Virus record (IMG/VR): IMGVR_UViG_3300008107_000014
Location: 1 to 64,000 of that record
From: a virus
Length of the DNA: 64,000 nt
Reading direction: 5' to 3' (one strand)
The notes beneath the pieces are model-generated. The model was given only the letters and a program-made list of their open reading frames with translations, was not told where the DNA came from and searched no databases. Positions within the stretch are counted from its first letter, which is position 1. Each line of letters starts with the position of its first letter. The position numbers were made by a program, and so were the translations under genes. Positions 58,637 to 64,000 of the stretch are shown piece by piece.

Positions 58637-58673
58637 ATATGCATATCCGTTATGTACGCATATATTTATCTCT

Positions 58674-58922
58674 CTAGAACGATCCGCCGTCCATCTTAAC
58701 TTCAACAACACCTTGATTTGCTTCTAATTTATGTAGACTTTCACGTATATCTTGCACATGATTAGCCATTTTGGAAGTCAATATAGATAAGTCGGTTATA
58801 ATCTCTCGAGCTTCTTGTATTGACATCTTGATTTCTCGTTGATTACTTAATTCAGCACTTTTTAAGCGTTGTACTAGTTTTTCAACACTAGTTAATCGTT
58901 CTGGTAGTTTATCGTGAGACAT
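58674..58922 (-). CDS. Hypothetical coiled-coil protein
   Basis: 82 aa ORF in a tightly packed block. Confidence 0.6.
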   Translation of the reverse strand: MSHDKLPERLTSVEKLVQRLKSAELSNQREIKMSIQEAREIITDLSILTSKMANHVQDIRESLHKLEANQGVVEVKMDGGSF

Positions 58923-59385
58923 TTGATAGCGCCTGTTTTAAATCGTTTTCTGTTTTATATGGACCACGATATTCGTATCTATCAAGTGTGATAAATTTTG
59001 GACAAAAACTTTTAACCCAACCTTTATCGAATTTAATGATGTAATGACCTGCACAATATAAACTTTTAGAATCACTGCTTTTGGTAAACAGTGGTAGTCG
59101 TCTTTTAATGTCAAACATTGCATTATGTGGTTCAACACTTGTAGAGTATCCGTGTACTTCGTTTACTGGTGCGTTGTCTGCTTCTTTAATAATCTTTGCA
59201 ATAAAAAAGTCTTTACCAAATTGTTTAGTAACACTTTCTTTATTTTTAAAAATTTTAATTCCAGTTGCATTAGACATTACAAATCTATTTTCTTCGTCTT
59301 TTCGTAATGTAGCGTATCTACTTCCGTCTTTCTCGACGATCCAGAATTTATTTTCAATTACTGGTTTTGCCTGTAAGTCTGTCAT
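58909..59385 (-). CDS. Hypothetical protein
   Basis: 158 aa; ATGA overlap with rnh. Confidence 0.65.
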   Translation of the reverse strand: MTDLQAKPVIENKFWIVEKDGSRYATLRKDEENRFVMSNATGIKIFKNKESVTKQFGKDFFIAKIIKEADNAPVNEVHGYSTSVEPHNAMFDIKRRLPLFTKSSDSKSLYCAGHYIIKFDKGWVKSFCPKFITLDRYEYRGPYKTENDLKQALSNVSR

Positions 59386-60368
59386 TGTTTATACCTCGCA
59401 TTTAATGGTTCGGCATATGCTTGAGCTTGATCTGCAATTTTCTTTAGGTCATAAAGATTGCAAAACTTTATCAATCTAATACCTACCTGGCTGATATTTT
59501 TATCGGCTGCAATAGCAGTATCGATAGTATCAGTAATTATAGTTCTAATTTCGTCTGGTTGTTTTGTTAGATCAATCAAAGTGCAATTTCGAGTGTAGTC
59601 ATCTAGTACACGATGCTCTACACCTTCATGATCGGTCCAACGTTGCAACATCATGTTGTTCCAGTTGAATCCTTTTGTGTTGCGATCTGCAAATGCTTCT
59701 TTTAATCCAACTTTTTTCTTTGTGCCTTCTTTGCGAACACCTGGATATGCACTAAACACATTATCGCTAGTATCACCTCTCATGCACTTTTCAAATAACA
59801 ACCATTCTGGATTTGGAATTTCTTTAGGCAACTGTGTTTTCTTATCGATTACATAATTACCTTTTTCGTCAAAGTATCCTTCGTGTGTAATTGTTGTTTC
59901 GCTTACACCGTTGTATTGTTTTACATTGGGTGCAATTAATTGAACAAAGTCTGTGTCAGTGCTAATAATTACATGATCATCATTTGGATGACTTTGAATC
60001 CATCCAGCAATTAAATCATCGGCTTCTAACTGCGAATGTTGCAATACTGTGCAATTAGTTTTTTCTGTAATGAAGTCTTTAAATGTATCAAATGCTTCCC
60101 AGAACAATTTTTCTTCTTCTTGTTCACGTTCGTTATGTGCAGCACGGGCATCACTACGATTTCTTTTATATGGAGCATAATGGTCTTTGCGCCAACTGCG
60201 CCCTTCAAGGCAAAAAATTACATGACTTCCGTTAAAGTCTTTCCATGCTTTCTTGATGGAGTTTAACGTAATGTGAAAAGCCATGCCAAGCTTGATATCA
60301 GCGTCACCGTTGATAACATGCCTAGCACGGAAAAAAGTATTTGCTGTATCTACTAAAATATATGTCAT
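59382..60368 (-). CDS. rnh: T4 RNase H-like 5'-3' exonuclease (FEN family)
   Basis: ILVD, SWRK..Y..YK.NR, LEADDLIA, ISTDTDFVQL, GDTSDN. Confidence 0.92.
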   Translation of the reverse strand: MTYILVDTANTFFRARHVINGDADIKLGMAFHITLNSIKKAWKDFNGSHVIFCLEGRSWRKDHYAPYKRNRSDARAAHNEREQEEEKLFWEAFDTFKDFITEKTNCTVLQHSQLEADDLIAGWIQSHPNDDHVIISTDTDFVQLIAPNVKQYNGVSETTITHEGYFDEKGNYVIDKKTQLPKEIPNPEWLLFEKCMRGDTSDNVFSAYPGVRKEGTKKKVGLKEAFADRNTKGFNWNNMMLQRWTDHEGVEHRVLDDYTRNCTLIDLTKQPDEIRTIITDTIDTAIAADKNISQVGIRLIKFCNLYDLKKIADQAQAYAEPLNARYKQ

Positions 60369-60820
60369 GAAACTTCTGCTTTACCTGGGGCAATTTTCTT
60401 AACGTCAACATATCCTGCCCCACGGCGATCCATGCTAACACCTTCCTCTTGTCCAATGTCTCCGCACAATGCACGGAACCATCGATCTGCAATTTCTTCA
60501 TCTGGATCACCATCATAGCCATATCCTTGCAACTTCAATTGTACAATAAACTCATCGTTCCAATCAAGCTCAAAGAATCCATTACGTAGATTGTCTTTGT
60601 TAACATGTGTGTCAAGTACAGCTACCCACGGCTCGCCCTTTTGTGTAGCACGTTCTTTAGGAGTTAACTTAGCTTCTGCTGCTTTTGCTTCAGCTGCAAT
60701 TGCTTCTTCTAAATGCTGTTTAGCAATACTCTTTGCAGTCTCTGCTTCTGCTAGTGCGTTTTGTGTTGCATCTTCTAATGCTTGTAAGCCTGTAATCTTT
60801 TTAAAGAATTGTTTAATCAT
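60365..60820 (-). CDS. Hypothetical protein
   Basis: Ala-rich coiled coil followed by GFFELDWN; start taken at ATG 60820. Confidence 0.65.
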   Translation of the reverse strand: MIKQFFKKITGLQALEDATQNALAEAETAKSIAKQHLEEAIAAEAKAAEAKLTPKERATQKGEPWVAVLDTHVNKDNLRNGFFELDWNDEFIVQLKLQGYGYDGDPDEEIADRWFRALCGDIGQEEGVSMDRRGAGYVDVKKIAPGKAEVS

Positions 60821-61674
60821 TAAGTTCCCCACTCATTTTTAAATAACGGTACTTGTAGTCTGTCGCTATAACGTAAACCGTTTTTCATTGCTAGTAATGC
60901 TACATTCTTATTGTTTAATGCGTAGACACTTTCAACACCACCTACCGGCATTAGATAAACATGTCCTTTAAAGCCTGCTTTGCGATATGCGGCAATAGCA
61001 CATTCGGCATCGGTAAAATCTTGTTCTGTGGCAATAACAAATTTCAAATATGCTGTACCGAAATTTTCGTATTCACAAACTACTTCTGGAAGAATTGCTT
61101 CTTCCCATTTCTCTCCACTACATGGTAGTTTAGCACTTACGCTAAATGTAACTTCTCTAGCAAAATCCATGTTAGGCATTTGCCATTCTACCAGATATTC
61201 TTTAAACTCTTCTGTTAGCTTTTGAGTGCCATTTGTTTCAAATGTAATCTCTTTCAAGCCTGACATCTTAGGGTGACTCAACAAGTCTGGATAAGCACGT
61301 TGCCAACCCAGCAATGGTTCACCGCCTGTGATAACAAGATGCTCGTCCTTCCAATGATCTTGCGGAAGTATTTCCATAATTCGATCTACGATAGCATCAC
61401 TTGTAAGCATTGGACTAAGATCCTTAAAACTAGGATGCCAGCTAGCATAGCTATCACACCCCGTAGAAACCAAAGGTAGTTCTTCATATTTGTTATATAG
61501 ATATGCAACTTCTGCAATATCTTCAGCTTCGTTGCTTAATTCACCACGACTCATGCCAAAACCTGCACATTTAAAGTTACAACCAAATGTGCGTAAAAAC
61601 ACAGAAGGCACACCCATGTAGCGACCTTCACCTTGAATGCTGTAAAACAGCTCTGCGATTTTAATTTTACTCAT
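60820..61674 (-). CDS. queE: 7-carboxy-7-deazaguanine synthase (radical SAM)
   Basis: ELFYSIQGEG...GVPSVFLR..GCN..C...CDS, ITGGEP, FETNGT, LKFVI, R.SDRLQ. Confidence 0.9.
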   Translation of the reverse strand: MSKIKIAELFYSIQGEGRYMGVPSVFLRTFGCNFKCAGFGMSRGELSNEAEDIAEVAYLYNKYEELPLVSTGCDSYASWHPSFKDLSPMLTSDAIVDRIMEILPQDHWKDEHLVITGGEPLLGWQRAYPDLLSHPKMSGLKEITFETNGTQKLTEEFKEYLVEWQMPNMDFAREVTFSVSAKLPCSGEKWEEAILPEVVCEYENFGTAYLKFVIATEQDFTDAECAIAAYRKAGFKGHVYLMPVGGVESVYALNNKNVALLAMKNGLRYSDRLQVPLFKNEWGT

Positions 61675-61679
61675 ACGTT

Positions 61680-61708
61680 ATTATACACTCTTTTTTGTTA
61701 AAGTCCAA
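61680..61708 (-). promoter_or_regulatory. Sigma70-like promoter upstream of queE
   Basis: TTGGAC-N17-TATAAT, then 5 nt to the ATG. Confidence 0.5.
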
Positions 61709-61854
61709 GAGCCATCCTTGTTATCTGTCCAAACAAGTGTATCTCCTTCTTTCCAACCTGCTTGTTCTAATAGCTCAGGCGGAAATGTTATTATTGCATC
61801 GCCGGTATCTGGATCTTCCTCAACCGGTACAGTCCATTTAGATAAGTTGTTCAA
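61681..61854 (-). CDS. AbrB/MazE/SpoVT-like small DNA-binding protein (57 aa, below the ORF-track cutoff)
   Basis: TTG start; MNNLSKWTVPVEEDPDTGDAIITFPPELLEQAGWKEGDTLVWTDNKDGSWTLTKKSV fills the gap between cd and queE. Confidence 0.7.
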   Translation of the reverse strand: MNNLSKWTVPVEEDPDTGDAIITFPPELLEQAGWKEGDTLVWTDNKDGSWTLTKKSV

Positions 61855-62299
61855 CAGTTACTCCTGATTTTTCCAGAAACGTGATACCACTGGTATCCCT
61901 ATAAGTGTTCCGATATAAAACACTGCTAATACCACTTTGGTAGATAAGTTTGGCACAGTCCAAACATGGAGCATGGGTAATAAACATAGTAGCACCCAAA
62001 CCAGATTCGTTAGATTTAGCCAGTTTGGCAATCGCATTTGTTTCAGCATGTAATACCTCGGGTCTAGTTTTTAACTCACCGGTGTTGACTAACTTACTGC
62101 CAACACCGTATTCGGTTTGAAATTCTGTTACTTCATATTCACAGTTATTATCCCAACCTGCTGGCATACCATTGTAGCCAATAGAGATAATCCTATCATC
62201 TTTGGCTACGATTGCACCTACATGCAATCGCCGAGCATGACTAAGCTCTGCAAATGTCTCCGCAGTTTTCATGTATGCTTGTTTTAATTTTTGTTTCAT
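61838..62299 (-). CDS. cd: dCMP deaminase
   Basis: VGA, ISIGYNG, HAETNAI and PCLDC zinc motifs. Confidence 0.92.
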   Translation of the reverse strand: MKQKLKQAYMKTAETFAELSHARRLHVGAIVAKDDRIISIGYNGMPAGWDNNCEYEVTEFQTEYGVGSKLVNTGELKTRPEVLHAETNAIAKLAKSNESGLGATMFITHAPCLDCAKLIYQSGISSVLYRNTYRDTSGITFLEKSGVTVEQLI

Positions 62300-62496
62300 T
62301 CGGGTAGGCTTGTAAAGCGTTGTTCAAAACTTTCTATATAGCAACTATATTCTCTAGGCTCAAGAACTTTGTCATCTCGATAATGAACCCATGTATGTCC
62401 ATCAACTTCAACTACATGGATTACAATAAATTTTTTATCAGTGCCTGAACCCCAACGACTTCCTGGTAAAATTTCTTTCTTCATTTTGTCCACCAC
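62296..62496 (-). CDS. Hypothetical protein
   Basis: About 62-66 aa ORF overlapping both neighbours. Confidence 0.55.
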   Translation of the reverse strand: MVDKMKKEILPGSRWGSGTDKKFIVIHVVEVDGHTWVHYRDDKVLEPREYSCYIESFEQRFTSLPE

Positions 62497-63014
62497 TCCT
62501 CATAAGGAAATTCAATCCAAACATCTTCTTCGGCTTTGTTTACTTCCATGCCCCAATAATTCATTGGAGCTTTACATTTACTAGATAGATTATCTACAAT
62601 AACTGCAAATCGAACATTGTTATTCCAAATTTCTTCCCATCGTTCGTCATTTGGAAAACAACCACTCGGCCAGTCTTCCATAATCCAGTTTAGTGTACTA
62701 CCTTGATCATTGATATCGTCTACAATAAGGATATTTTTTCTACCATCACCTGATGACATTGGGTCGTGATTGATATACCCAAACGCATCTTCTGCCATAC
62801 CTAGATTACTAACGCATTCGCCTCCGTCACGCAGACTAACGTCTAATGATTGCATGGGTACATTTAAGTAATGACTAATCATAACAGCAGGTAGTAGCCC
62901 GCCTCTAGTTAATCCCACAACATAATCAGGTTTCCAGTTGCTTAATGCAATATCTCTACAAATCTTATTGACTAGACCTTTAAAGTCGTCATTGTTAATT
63001 ACTAACTTTTTCAT
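62481..63014 (-). CDS. Type I (purine) phosphoribosyltransferase
   Basis: VVGLTRGGLLPA, ILIVDDINDQGST (PRPP loop), WIEFPYE. Confidence 0.88.
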   Translation of the reverse strand: MKKLVINNDDFKGLVNKICRDIALSNWKPDYVVGLTRGGLLPAVMISHYLNVPMQSLDVSLRDGGECVSNLGMAEDAFGYINHDPMSSGDGRKNILIVDDINDQGSTLNWIMEDWPSGCFPNDERWEEIWNNNVRFAVIVDNLSSKCKAPMNYWGMEVNKAEEDVWIEFPYEEWWTK

Positions 63015-63459
63015 ATCTTTCCTTAAGGTACTGCTCGTGTTGCACCCACTTATTATTAACTAAAAATCCCCATTCTCTTTTTTGAGGACCCGGCATAAAC
63101 AAAGTCCAAGCAGTTATTCCAGGAACCAATTCGATACGATGATAGCTGTGAGAACTGCATAAGCGGAAGTGACCAGGACCACGCCAATGCTTTGTTTCTC
63201 CAACCATTTTGCCATATTCGAAATTAGGAGTGTATTCATAGTAACCACCTTTGAGTATTAGTGTAGCATACGGCCACGGATGATCATGAACATCATCTGG
63301 GTCGCCCTTTAAAAACTTATGTAGGAATATATTAAATGGAAATGTTTTCCTATCTTTTAGAAACAAGTAATAGCGTTCAAGATACGGCTCGTCGCATTGA
63401 CGATCCATAACAATACGCTTACGACCTAGCCGATCTAAAAGATTAAGAAACCATTTCAT
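62995..63459 (-). CDS. Cupin-fold protein
   Basis: LHKF...D...HDHPW...ILKGGYYE...HRI...WTLF. Confidence 0.7.
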   Translation of the reverse strand: MKWFLNLLDRLGRKRIVMDRQCDEPYLERYYLFLKDRKTFPFNIFLHKFLKGDPDDVHDHPWPYATLILKGGYYEYTPNFEYGKMVGETKHWRGPGHFRLCSSHSYHRIELVPGITAWTLFMPGPQKREWGFLVNNKWVQHEQYLKERYEKVSN

Positions 63460-63674
63460 TCTACATCCTCACTAAACCACTCGTCTACCATATCCTCGGC
63501 TTCGTCTTGTGTTAATGCAGGAACAAATAACCTTGCTGGTTGTCCTACAGTATGTTGAATATTAAAACGAACAATGCCAGTTGGAATTTGATCAAAGTCT
63601 CTTTCTACAATAAATTCTTGAAGATTCTTTGCACGATAGATTAAATGATCTGTTAGGTCTTTAGCTGTTGTCAT
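63456..63674 (-). CDS. Hypothetical protein
   Basis: 72 aa; ATGA overlaps on both sides. Confidence 0.6.
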   Translation of the reverse strand: MTTAKDLTDHLIYRAKNLQEFIVERDFDQIPTGIVRFNIQHTVGQPARLFVPALTQDEAEDMVDEWFSEDVE

Positions 63675-64000
63675 CTTGGGGCAAACTCCTGTTGTAGTTT
63701 AATGTTGTCAAAGAATTCCTTCTTTGTATGAGGATCATTTTTAAATGTTCCTTTTAATACTGTAGTCTGTGTTAGACTGCTATGTGCCATGATGCCGCGA
63801 TTTTCACAGCAACCGTGTGTTGCTTGAATGTAAACTGCTACGTTCTCTGAGTCAGTAGCTCGGCTAATCTCGCGGGCGATGTCGTTACAAAGTTCCTCCT
63901 GGAGAGTACCCCGTCTTGCACACCACTGTGCGATTCTTGTGTACTTGCTAAGTCCGATAAGTTTTTCGGCAGCAATAATACCAATATAAGCAACGCCAGC
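63671..64000 (-). CDS. folE: GTP cyclohydrolase I (C-terminal part; start lies beyond the window)
   Basis: Manual translation: AYIGII...IGLSKYTRIAQWCARRGTLQEEL...VAVYIQATHGCCENRGI...TQTTVLKGTF...KKEFF*. Confidence 0.92.
   Translation of the reverse strand, partial: AGVAYIGIIAAEKLIGLSKYTRIAQWCARRGTLQEELCNDIAREISRATDSENVAVYIQATHGCCENRGIMAHSSLTQTTVLKGTFKNDPHTKKEFFDNIKLQQEFAPR

Overview
The window is a gene-dense, AT-rich segment of a large T4-like (contractile-tailed) bacteriophage genome. No cellular housekeeping genes, tRNA/rRNA, CRISPR array or integrase were seen. From left to right it holds: (1) a tape-measure-like gene running off the left edge, divergent from a gp26-like tail/baseplate chaperone with a candidate pseudoknot-stimulated -1 frameshift; (2) two putative internal virion proteins; (3) a ~520-nt hairpin-rich non-coding region directly downstream of a stand-alone GIY-YIG nuclease; (4) gp46/gp47 (Rad50/Mre11) and a gp55-like late sigma factor that is truncated in this sequence; (5) a ~35-kb baseplate and tail-fibre module including a 4636-aa protein; (6) a ~12-kb cluster behind a late promoter encoding glycosyltransferases, a GDP-mannose 3,5-epimerase-like enzyme, and radical SAM, 2OG-Fe(II) and methyltransferase enzymes; (7) a minus-strand block with RNase H, QueE, dCMP deaminase, a PRTase, a cupin and FolE (7-deazaguanine pathway). 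All calls come from motif recognition and manual reading; no database searches or folding programs were run.
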